From the IMG/VR virus record IMGVR_UViG_3300042507_002545, positions 33,989 to 97,988 of that record: DNA of 64,000 bases; one strand, 5' to 3'. The notes below the pieces were generated by a model. It did not search any database. It saw nothing but the letters and a program-made list of their open reading frames with translations, and had not been told where the DNA came from. Source of the stretch: a virus. Its lineage: Duplodnaviria > Caudoviricetes. The stretch's first letter is position 1, and each line of letters opens with the position of its first letter. Both the position numbers and the translations under genes were made by a program. This document shows positions 8,723 to 16,598 of the stretch, piece after piece.

Positions 8723-9094
8723 ATGGTAGAACCAATCAAAATTCAAATCTCGTTATCAGATTTATTAGACGTCATCAACGCAAGCAGCAATCCTATAGTT
8801 GCAGCTGCTGTTCTTGATGGCTCTTATGTAAGCCCACTTCAAGATAAAGATCTTGTAGGTCGCTTTCATAAGAACTTTAACATCAAGAAAGATGACGACA
8901 CGCGTGACCATTATTTGCTCTTGTTCCAAGGCTACAATAAATGGTCTGATGAGGTGACCTTTAAGAAAGATCACCCCAACGCGTGGTCCGGCAACAACAC
9001 CATGTCTTTAGCAGAATGGCGTGCTGCCTATGACTTTGAGCCTTCTACACTTGGCAAGGCTGATACCAAGGCATCAACCGTTGGCCAATTGTAA
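8723..9094 (+). CDS. early hypothetical protein
   Basis: 123-aa ORF inside a promoter/terminator cassette. Confidence 0.7.
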   Translation: MVEPIKIQISLSDLLDVINASSNPIVAAAVLDGSYVSPLQDKDLVGRFHKNFNIKKDDDTRDHYLLLFQGYNKWSDEVTFKKDHPNAWSGNNTMSLAEWRAAYDFEPSTLGKADTKASTVGQL

Positions 9095-9101
9095 GGCTCA
9101 T

Positions 9102-9129
9102 GAAACCCCTTCGGGGGTTTCTTTTTTTT
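9102..9129 (+). terminator. intrinsic terminator (UUCG loop)
   Basis: GAAACCCC-TTCG-GGGGTTTC followed by a T tract. Confidence 0.9.
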
Positions 9130-9157
9130 GCTTCGCAAATAGATAATACTACATATC
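9127..9157 (+). promoter_or_regulatory. early promoter candidate 4
   Basis: TTTGC-TTC-GCAAA then ATACTACATATC. Confidence 0.6.
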
Positions 9158-9181
9158 CTTGAAAATCAATTATCAAATTTT

Positions 9182-9592
9182 ATGAAAAATTTAACAATCA
9201 AATTTCAGCGTTCTTACCGCAAAGCAGGTAAAACGCCCGGCGCCCCTTCTCGCCTAATCTTCGTATATCTTGTAACTGGTACTGCAGAGCAGTTAACCGA
9301 GTTCCGCGATATCCAAAGCGCAAATCTGCGTGAAGATGAAAAGGGAAACCCTTTGTTCTTCACTAGCAGATATGCTGGCGAGACAGCGATGCTCACGCTT
9401 AACCATGCTGGTACTGACTACTATGTAGACAATACCGAGATGGATAAGCAGGCATCACTGGTTGAACAGTTTGGCGGTAATCTTGGTCAGGCAATTGCTA
9501 TGCAGATTGCTGCCCAAGCCACCGGCAAAGTTCAACAGGTCGCCCCCGCTGCGGTACCCGCTGACAAGACACAAGGTCTTGGCACCGTGTAA
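9182..9592 (+). CDS. early hypothetical protein, paralog A
   Basis: similar over its full length to 10030..10422. Confidence 0.8.
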   Translation: MKNLTIKFQRSYRKAGKTPGAPSRLIFVYLVTGTAEQLTEFRDIQSANLREDEKGNPLFFTSRYAGETAMLTLNHAGTDYYVDNTEMDKQASLVEQFGGNLGQAIAMQIAAQATGKVQQVAPAAVPADKTQGLGTV

Positions 9593-9603
9593 CTACGCGG
9601 TAC

Positions 9604-9633
9604 ACCCTACTCTTCGGAGTAGGGTTTTTTTTT
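9604..9633 (+). terminator. intrinsic terminator (UUCG loop)
   Basis: ACCCTACTC-TTCG-GAGTAGGGT followed by a T tract. Confidence 0.9.
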
Positions 9634-9839
9634 GCTCTGCAAGTTTTTATATACAAGTCTTGTCCAGTGTTACTTGTACAATAGTAATCGTATATAATTA
9701 TATCCGTAGGAAGCCGTAAATGTATACACGTATATAGTTATTATTGGATTCCTATGTATATACCTCTCCCGGGACACAGACACACTTATGCACTGATACA
9801 CAAGACATTAGCGTATTTGTATACTTGTATTCCTATTAA

Positions 9840-9955
9840 CGCTCGCGCTTCGCGCTCGCTTTTTAATGCTTCGCATTTATTTTAGCTCGCTTCGCTCGCT
9901 TTATTCGCTACGCGAATTTTTTAGATACTACTCATCTTCGCTGCGCTCGATGAGT
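9840..9955 (-). repeat. cluster of five GC-GNA-GC DNA mini-hairpins
   Basis: minus strand reads GCGAAGC x3, GCGTAGC and GCGCAGC. Confidence 0.7.
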
Positions 9956-10029
9956 TCGCCGAGTACTGAGTACAGGTGAACCGGGTAAGCGTGAATAGTA
10001 ATCAATTTATAATCAATTAATTAGGGCTT

Positions 10030-10422
10030 ATGAGCACACTACAATTGACATTTGCGCGCCAGTATCGCAAGAAAACTACTGGCAAGTTGGTATTCGTGTA
10101 TAACGTGAAGGGCACTGCCGCACAGTTAGATGAGTACCGTGATGCACAGGGAAGTTTCCTTGTGGAAGATGAGAAAGGACAACCATTGTTCTTTACATCT
10201 CGCTATGTGGGTGAGGTTTGCCCGCTTGTTGCTAACCATAACGGGGACGGATTCTATGCCGACACCACGGAGATGGACAAGCAAGCTGCGATGGTGCAGC
10301 AGTTTGGTGGTAATTTGGGCCAAGCGTTGGCTGCACAGATTGCTGCAAGCGTTGCGGGTAAAGGTGCTGCTACCTCACAAGTGGCAAGTGCACCAGTGTC
10401 TAAGGGATTAGGCACAGTTTAA
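10030..10422 (+). CDS. early hypothetical protein, paralog B
   Basis: EDEKG.PLFFTSRY.GE and QFGGNLGQA shared with 9182..9592. Confidence 0.8.
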   Translation: MSTLQLTFARQYRKKTTGKLVFVYNVKGTAAQLDEYRDAQGSFLVEDEKGQPLFFTSRYVGEVCPLVANHNGDGFYADTTEMDKQAAMVQQFGGNLGQALAAQIAASVAGKGAATSQVASAPVSKGLGTV

Positions 10423-10724
10423 TGCTAACTAATTGAGTATCAGTGTGTTTGTGAGTTAATAACACACTGATGCTCTTTCTTATTAGTATTGCAATGTACA
10501 ATGAAGTGCGACAAATGAACGCGCACTAGATAGCTAAGGGATTGTAGTACGAGTACTCTTCCCTGTATTAATGCATCATAACTTACTTCACAAGGGTAAG
10601 CAGTTGTAATAGAATTCCTAATGGAGAACAAGTTTAGATACTTGACGTCTAGTTATCCTACATGGTATTACAACTGAATGCAGAGTGGTACAATAGAATG
10701 TTTAACCCCTTAATCTTTATTACT

Positions 10725-10955
10725 ATGGAGTTTGAATACTCAAGTGTTACAAGTGCAGGTTATATATCGGCCTCTGAAGTTAGTTCTTCCGATGTACTTC
10801 CCGCTAAAGAGTTGCTTATGTCAAACTGCAGGCCTTATAAGTTTTACCAAGTGGTTGAGCATATGGCTAATGGTTCCGTTGCTTGTATAGACCAGGATTG
10901 TAATCCTGTATCTTTATCTATAAATGATGTAGCAATTGTTAATTGGTATGAGTAA
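10725..10955 (+). CDS. hypothetical protein
   Basis: start re-assigned to MEFEY. Confidence 0.5.
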   Translation: MEFEYSSVTSAGYISASEVSSSDVLPAKELLMSNCRPYKFYQVVEHMANGSVACIDQDCNPVSLSINDVAIVNWYE

Positions 10956-11136
10956 GTTGATTTTGTTTTTCTACTTGTTAACCGGGAAGGTTGAGAAGGT
11001 AGACGGATTGTATACGATACATACTACTGAGAGTTCTGTTATTGAGTACGCTTGTGAGGGTGAAGTATTAGAGTATATAGAGACAGGTGTCTTTAGATAT
11101 GATGATAACCTCGCAAAGCCTGGTGAGTTGGAATAG
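10948..11136 (+). CDS. hypothetical protein
   Basis: MSKLILFF...; overlaps the upstream stop. Confidence 0.5.
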   Translation: MSKLILFFYLLTGKVEKVDGLYTIHTTESSVIEYACEGEVLEYIETGVFRYDDNLAKPGELE

Positions 11137-11194
11137 GTAGGAAGCCGGGGTTTTTGATGATGATTTTCCCCGGCGTTCCTATATTTTTGAAAAA

Positions 11195-11590
11195 ATGTTT
11201 AACTTAATACTTAATACCGTGGAAAAGAAAGGTTTTATTATGGGCTTGGTTATAGCCTCATGTGTATGGATTACTACTATTGTATTGATTCTACGCACAC
11301 AAGATAACCCGATAATCATAGAGAAATGTGACTTTACTGAAGATGACATTATAGACACAGAGTTTGAACAACTGATGATTAACACTCGTGTTAATGCTTA
11401 TGCGCATGGTTATTATACCTGTTTACGGGATACAAGACCTGATATACATATGGCATATATGTCTTGTATTGTGCAATTAGAAACAGTACAGGGTGATGAA
11501 GCATTTAACGCTATTGTTGATGCTGAATGTTCAAATCGTGGTCTGAGTGTTGAAGACAAGGAATATTTACGTACTCTATTATTAGATTAA
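11195..11590 (+). CDS. membrane-anchored hypothetical protein
   Basis: N-terminal TM segment. Confidence 0.6.
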   Translation: MFNLILNTVEKKGFIMGLVIASCVWITTIVLILRTQDNPIIIEKCDFTEDDIIDTEFEQLMINTRVNAYAHGYYTCLRDTRPDIHMAYMSCIVQLETVQGDEAFNAIVDAECSNRGLSVEDKEYLRTLLLD

Positions 11591-11591
11591 A

Positions 11592-11810
11592 ATGACAAGA
11601 GAACTTGCTAGAATTAAGACCATACAGAAGTTTACTAACTTACTTGATGGCACGTTGTTACCAGGATATAGTGTGGCTCAAGTAATTAGTTACTATGAGT
11701 CACAGCTTCTTGGTGTCCCTACTGATAATATTAGTAGGGTAGATGGTATCACCGCCAACTTCATGGAGGATTATATAAATAATCTCGATGATGGTGATCA
11801 AATATTGTAA
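11592..11810 (+). CDS. hypothetical protein
   Basis: 72-aa ORF in the operon. Confidence 0.55.
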   Translation: MTRELARIKTIQKFTNLLDGTLLPGYSVAQVISYYESQLLGVPTDNISRVDGITANFMEDYINNLDDGDQIL

Positions 11811-12430
11811 AGCGAAGAATGCATACAGCACTATAAACAAACTATGGTAAAGTTAAAACGCATTCTGTATCTTTACAATCTATTATGTGTTTAGTTGTAG
11901 GTAGCAATACCATTTAAAGATGTGAATACTATATTTAGAGCGGGTGCTTAACACATCCCAAGTATAGTTACAACTAAATGCATAATTATTTATAGCCCAT
12001 AAGGGCAAATTTTAAAATTATATACCTTACATTATTCAATTGAAGTTAAATGGTGACGCCTATAATCTATTAGGCTATGTGTATTTACCCGAAGGTCAGT
12101 CTACCGGGATATTGCAGGAATGTAATAGTTACACAAATGATTGGTAAAAGAACTGTGACAGGTTCTAACCAAAGGTCGTTTGAAAGTTAAGGGTGCATGT
12201 CAAAGCACCGCAAGCTTGTTCTTATGTTAGTGAAGGATAGTTCAGCACTATAAAAACTACAATTATAAGGTTAAACAACTATTCTGTTTAACATAAGAGC
12301 ATTTAGCACATGAAAGAATGAATCAGCACTGTAAAAAAATTACAATGCACGAGACAATAAAAGTCTCAAGGGAAAGGTAGGCCACAACAAGTTAGTTGTT
12401 AGGCTCTCTTCATTCTGTTGTATGTGCAAA
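11804..12430 (+). ncRNA. structured non-coding RNA region with three copies of an AGAAT/AGGAT...CAGCAC...ATTCTGT motif
   Basis: copies at 11804-11879, 12218-12300 and 12306-12427 with covarying inner and outer stems; further long stems between them; no ORF. Confidence 0.65.
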
Positions 12431-12495
12431 AGCCTAGTAGTGATACTCGTGGCCTGCCAATCTTAAATTATTGTTTAACCAAAACCCTTTACGCA

Positions 12496-13884
12496 ATGGA
12501 TAATTTTACCAACGCAATGTTTTCTAATGATAGTCTTACCAATAACGGCGCAGTTACTCATAGTACTGCAGGTAATTACTGTCTTGACCTGTTCTTTTTA
12601 GCAGGTGCGAGCCGTTTTATGTCTGAAGAAGATATCTTAAAAGCATTTATCAAGGCTTATCGTGAAGATAAGTTAACTGCTATTAAGATTCTATTTTGGG
12701 CACGCGATGCACGTGGTGGTGCAGGGGAGAAGAGATTCTTCCAAGTGATAATGAGAAATCTATTAGTAGCAGACCCTGAAGTATATGAGCAAATTGCTAT
12801 ACATATACCAACGTTTGGCTATTGGAAAGATATATTCATCATTGAAAGACCAACTGATAATACCCTTAATTGGTTGAGTATTCAACTGAAAGAGAATGAG
12901 AATGCTAATCTATTGGCTAAATGGTTCCCTCGCAAGGGTGAATGGTTTGTGGCAATGCATAAGTATCTTGGTGTATCAGCAGGTACATTCCGTAGAAGAC
13001 TTACTTCTATGTCTAATACCGTAGAGCAAAAGATGTGTGCTAATGATTGGGAATCTATTTCTTATTCACAAGTACCTTCTGTTGCAGGTAAGAGATATGC
13101 CCAGTCCTTTACTAAACACGATTATGTAAGATACGCCTCTTATATTAGCGATGTTATGGAAGGTAAGGAGAAGATTAATGCTTCAGTATTATTCCCAAGT
13201 GACCTTGTAGCAAAAGTATTTACAGAGCATGATACCTTTGCATACAATGCTATGTGGAAGAATCTTCCTAACTATATGGAAGGTTGTACTGAAAGAATCT
13301 TACCTGTTTGCGATGTTAGTGGTAGTATGACGGGACAACCTATGGAAGTATCTATAGGATTGGGCCTCTATATCAGTGAGCGCAATGAAGGTCCTTTCAA
13401 GGATTTAGTGTTGACATTTAGTGAATCACCGCAATTTCATAAGATAAGCGGTATGACATTAAGTGAGAAAGCACATAATCTTAGACAGGCTGATTGGGGT
13501 ATGAATACGGATTTAACCAAAACATTCACAGTGTTACTAGATCGTGCTGTTGCAGGTAAAGTAGCACAGGAAGATATGCCTACCAAGTTACTGATTATTA
13601 GTGACATGGAGTTTGACCAAGCCTGTGGTAAGCGTACTAACTTTGATACTATCAAGGATATGTATGCACACTGCGGTTATGAGATGCCGGGTATAATCTT
13701 TTGGAATGTTAATGGTCGCCTCGGTAATGTACCTGTGAAGGCTAACACACCAAACACTGCCCTTGTTAGCGGGTATAGTCCAAGTATTATTACAAATATC
13801 TTGGGCGGTAAGGATTTGAGTCCTATAAGTGTGATGATGGAAACTATTGGCAATGTGAGATACAACTGTATCAAACTTGACTAA
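12496..13884 (+). CDS. TROVE/Ro60-like protein with C-terminal vWA domain (DUF2828-like)
   Basis: T.NGA..HST..CLDLFF, FWARDARGGAGE, AKWFPR, MIDAS DVSGSM, ISDMEFD, IFWNV; start at MDNFT. Confidence 0.85.
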   Translation: MDNFTNAMFSNDSLTNNGAVTHSTAGNYCLDLFFLAGASRFMSEEDILKAFIKAYREDKLTAIKILFWARDARGGAGEKRFFQVIMRNLLVADPEVYEQIAIHIPTFGYWKDIFIIERPTDNTLNWLSIQLKENENANLLAKWFPRKGEWFVAMHKYLGVSAGTFRRRLTSMSNTVEQKMCANDWESISYSQVPSVAGKRYAQSFTKHDYVRYASYISDVMEGKEKINASVLFPSDLVAKVFTEHDTFAYNAMWKNLPNYMEGCTERILPVCDVSGSMTGQPMEVSIGLGLYISERNEGPFKDLVLTFSESPQFHKISGMTLSEKAHNLRQADWGMNTDLTKTFTVLLDRAVAGKVAQEDMPTKLLIISDMEFDQACGKRTNFDTIKDMYAHCGYEMPGIIFWNVNGRLGNVPVKANTPNTALVSGYSPSIITNILGGKDLSPISVMMETIGNVRYNCIKLD

Positions 13885-13896
13885 TTATATAATCTT

Positions 13897-13930
13897 AAAA
13901 GGGTGCGGGAACTATCTCGTACCCTTTTTT
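13897..13930 (+). terminator. intrinsic terminator
   Basis: AAAAGGGTGCGGGA-ACTA-TCTCGTACCCTTTTTT. Confidence 0.8.
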
Positions 13931-13964
13931 ATTTCAATAAAGTAAATTTTAAACTGTTATATAT

Positions 13965-14144
13965 ATGAGCAAGATGCTTATTACAATTGAAGTTAGTATG
14001 CAGGATCTCTGGAAGCATACAGCACCACGTGTTGAGAGAAATAAAAAAAAGTATTACCGTAAACGTAAGCACAAAAAGCATGACGACACAAGTAGAAGTG
14101 AAGACAAAAGTTACTCTTATAGAGGACATAAACAAAGGCATTAA
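13965..14144 (+). CDS. small basic protein (59 aa, not in the track)
   Basis: MSKMLITIEV...RVERNKKKYYRKRKHKK. Confidence 0.55.
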   Translation: MSKMLITIEVSMQDLWKHTAPRVERNKKKYYRKRKHKKHDDTSRSEDKSYSYRGHKQRH

Positions 14145-14268
14145 TTTCCTATTTGGTAGGAATATTACTGTGGAGGAGTTCGATACCATATATGATATGA
14201 GTATATTGGAACTTGAGTTAATGATTGAAGATATGCAAAAGCATATAAATTTAGTTATAGGAATATGA
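14080..14268 (+). CDS. hypothetical protein
   Basis: start MTTQVEV. Confidence 0.5.
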   Translation: MTTQVEVKTKVTLIEDINKGINFLFGRNITVEEFDTIYDMSILELELMIEDMQKHINLVIGI

Positions 14269-14573
14269 GTAAGATTAAAAACACCCCGGAATTTGAAGCA
14301 ATGATGAGAGAGCAAGAGTTAGCCGCATCATTTGACTATCAAGAGAAAGAAGCATTAATGCTAGATATTGCAGCACATGAAGCAATAGAAAAAGCATGTG
14401 ATGAGTATATAGAAGCTCAAAAAGTTTTTATAGCTGCACAAAAAAAGTTTGAACAAGCTTTATGTTTATATAAGATGCATAAAAGTGAGCTTACTCCTAA
14501 TGAAGAGCGTTTAGATAATGCTGTTACACAATTAGGTAATATGTTTAAAGGATTTAATCCTAATGATATATGA
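14265..14573 (+). CDS. coiled-coil hypothetical protein
   Basis: ATGA overlap with both neighbours. Confidence 0.6.
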   Translation: MSKIKNTPEFEAMMREQELAASFDYQEKEALMLDIAAHEAIEKACDEYIEAQKVFIAAQKKFEQALCLYKMHKSELTPNEERLDNAVTQLGNMFKGFNPNDI

Positions 14574-14725
14574 AGAAGAGTAATGCCTACATCTTAATGT
14601 ACTTTGTGTTAATCACATTAGTAGCATTAATGACATCTTGTGCAACAACAGCACACAGTTGTGAAGATAGTTTTAAACCAAAGATTCGCGAGAACTACAA
14701 CTCTCGTGGAACTAATTGGTGGTAA
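14570..14725 (+). CDS. small lipoprotein (51 aa, not in the track)
   Basis: MKK + hydrophobic stretch + LMTS-C lipobox. Confidence 0.6.
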   Translation: MKKSNAYILMYFVLITLVALMTSCATTAHSCEDSFKPKIRENYNSRGTNWW

Positions 14726-14729
14726 GATA

Positions 14730-14823
14730 TTGCCTCGCGTCACATACTTTTTTCATCGGGAAGGACAACGGTCCTCTATAAAGTTTAGTTTTTACTGTTA
14801 AATACAACGGTGACGCGGGGCAA
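14730..14823 (+). ncRNA. candidate small structured RNA
   Basis: 14-bp closing stem TTGCCTCGCGTCAC/GTGACGCGGGGCAA with internal AGGAC-AACG-GTCCT hairpin. Confidence 0.45.
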
Positions 14824-14854
14824 CAATATTTTTTTTCAATTAAAAAACCAATTT

Positions 14855-15625
14855 ATGACAAAAGTTTATATTGAAGATGAGCCTAACTTGAATCGTTTAG
14901 ATTGCGAGAAAGTTATGCAGGCTCCATTACCGGAGCAAAGGTTTAAGTTTTTTGGTCAAATGATTTACCCCTATTCTGATATTACTAGGATGGAAACCGA
15001 TACTCATGTGTATTGGGCTAATTGCATGCATATACCTAAATGGAATGAGAAAAGCGGTATTTATCTTAAAAATGACTCAACAGCTGGTTGTAGTTATGAT
15101 AAGACAACTAAGAAGTTTAATTTTTGGTATGGTAAACAAGTTATGTTTCTTAATGACGACATATACAAGGATATGTGTAAGTACTTTGGTGCTGAATGGT
15201 TTATAGAAGAAACTAGCGGTCTTAAGATTAGCACTACTAATTCTGTATTTGTTAGAGTACTGAAAGGTAAGATTACTAATACTGAAGAGTTAGTCAATAG
15301 TATTGTGAAGACTAACCCATTGCTTCGCAGACATAATGTTGATACTAATAAGTTACTGTCTTATGTAACAACTACTAATAATCGTATTCAAACATTAGCA
15401 GAATACGTAGAGGTTGCTCAAGACATTGATGCTTTGTTAGATCATGTATGTAAGTCCGGTTCTATTTTCTCATGGAGGATACATGACCTTATAAAGTATG
15501 CAAGAATGCTTAATAGGAAAATAGATTTCAGTTGGAGTGAGGCTATGATTACTGATAAACGTAATAAGTGGGAAAAAGAAGTAGAGGTTATTAAACAGGA
15601 GTGGATGCCCCTGTTATCGTTTTAA
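14855..15625 (+). CDS. hypothetical protein
   Basis: start MTKVY after an A-rich Bacteroidota-type leader. Confidence 0.65.
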   Translation: MTKVYIEDEPNLNRLDCEKVMQAPLPEQRFKFFGQMIYPYSDITRMETDTHVYWANCMHIPKWNEKSGIYLKNDSTAGCSYDKTTKKFNFWYGKQVMFLNDDIYKDMCKYFGAEWFIEETSGLKISTTNSVFVRVLKGKITNTEELVNSIVKTNPLLRRHNVDTNKLLSYVTTTNNRIQTLAEYVEVAQDIDALLDHVCKSGSIFSWRIHDLIKYARMLNRKIDFSWSEAMITDKRNKWEKEVEVIKQEWMPLLSF

Positions 15626-15715
15626 GGGTGAAGGACCTATGGCATTGCGGGAGTTTATCGATTTCTCCTGCTTTGCTAATAGGGTTAATTATGTATCAAT
15701 TTAAAAACCAATAGA

Positions 15716-16060
15716 ATGGCTAAAGTTACAAAAGAGCGTGTTGCTAATATATGCAAACGTGTGAATGGGGGTATGAAACCCGGGTATGCTACGCATGCTG
15801 AAGGATTAGGTGGTGGGTACCTAGTTGCGTTAAAAGATTCAGGTATTATCTATAAAGATAATGAAGGAAATTGGAAAGGTATGGTGAAGATCCATGCAAC
15901 AAGATTTGATGAGTTTGTCAAACTACGTCAACGCTATGATAAACAAGTGAAAGAAGGTGTTATCAGCGTTAAGTATATTAACAAACGCCCTAATGATACC
16001 CCTGTGGTAGAAAAAGTTAGTTTATTTAGAAGAATTTGGAATAGTATCTTAAAGAAATGA
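15716..16060 (+). CDS. hypothetical protein
   Basis: 114-aa ORF. Confidence 0.6.
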   Translation: MAKVTKERVANICKRVNGGMKPGYATHAEGLGGGYLVALKDSGIIYKDNEGNWKGMVKIHATRFDEFVKLRQRYDKQVKEGVISVKYINKRPNDTPVVEKVSLFRRIWNSILKK

Positions 16061-16242
16061 TAATGAGTGAGCAAGATAAAAGACCCGTGTTTATGGGCAA
16101 TTTTGAACGTTTTAAGAAAGAAACGCAAGTAAAACATGAAGATGTTATGAGACAAGCAAAGAAACTAAATGAAAAAATGACGCTTGCATTAGCTATGGCA
16201 ACAGTTGCTATTATAACAGCTATTGCAGCTTTAGCTATATAA
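16057..16242 (+). CDS. small protein with C-terminal TM helix
   Basis: hydrophobic C-terminus. Confidence 0.55.
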   Translation: MIMSEQDKRPVFMGNFERFKKETQVKHEDVMRQAKKLNEKMTLALAMATVAIITAIAALAI

Positions 16243-16312
16243 TGCCGATTTTTTTCTAGTAATTATTGTATATTAAAGCAATTTGTAGTAAGCAGTTTTA
16301 CCTTTGATATAT

Positions 16313-16585
16313 ATGTATTACCAGCTCCCAAATGGGAAAACAATATGGCTTGACGTTAATGATATTCTTAATCTTACAGATAGGGATATTAGAGAACTCG
16401 TCGCCTGTAATGCTGGTGAACATTTATCCAATCCTTGGCATGGTGCTTCTATAAAAACGCAACAAGATGATGAGGAAGACTTTCAAGATGAGGAAGAACA
16501 AGAGAACTATTATAAAGAGTTCTTTCCTGATGAGTTTCCTGATATAGCAGATGATGCTATAGACTTTGACAATTTAGAAGACTAA
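16313..16585 (+). CDS. acidic hypothetical protein
   Basis: MYYQLPNGK...; D/E-rich tail. Confidence 0.6.
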   Translation: MYYQLPNGKTIWLDVNDILNLTDRDIRELVACNAGEHLSNPWHGASIKTQQDDEEDFQDEEEQENYYKEFFPDEFPDIADDAIDFDNLED

Positions 16586-16598
16586 AAACCAATTATTT

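Noticed and set aside
11804-12430. tRNA, tmRNA, group I intron, hammerhead or twister ribozyme
   Set aside because: No T-loop cloverleaf, no CUGANGA/GAAA core and no full twister or intron core could be matched by eye.
12418-12495. Track start (TTG 12418) for the TROVE-like gene
   Set aside because: It overlaps ncRNA copy 3; ATG 12496 has an A-rich leader and lies just before the conserved T.NGA motif.
14011-14030. GGAAGCATACAGCAC as a fourth copy of the ncRNA motif
   Set aside because: It has no downstream complementary strand or ATTCTGT, and it lies inside a plausible 59-aa ORF (13965..14144).
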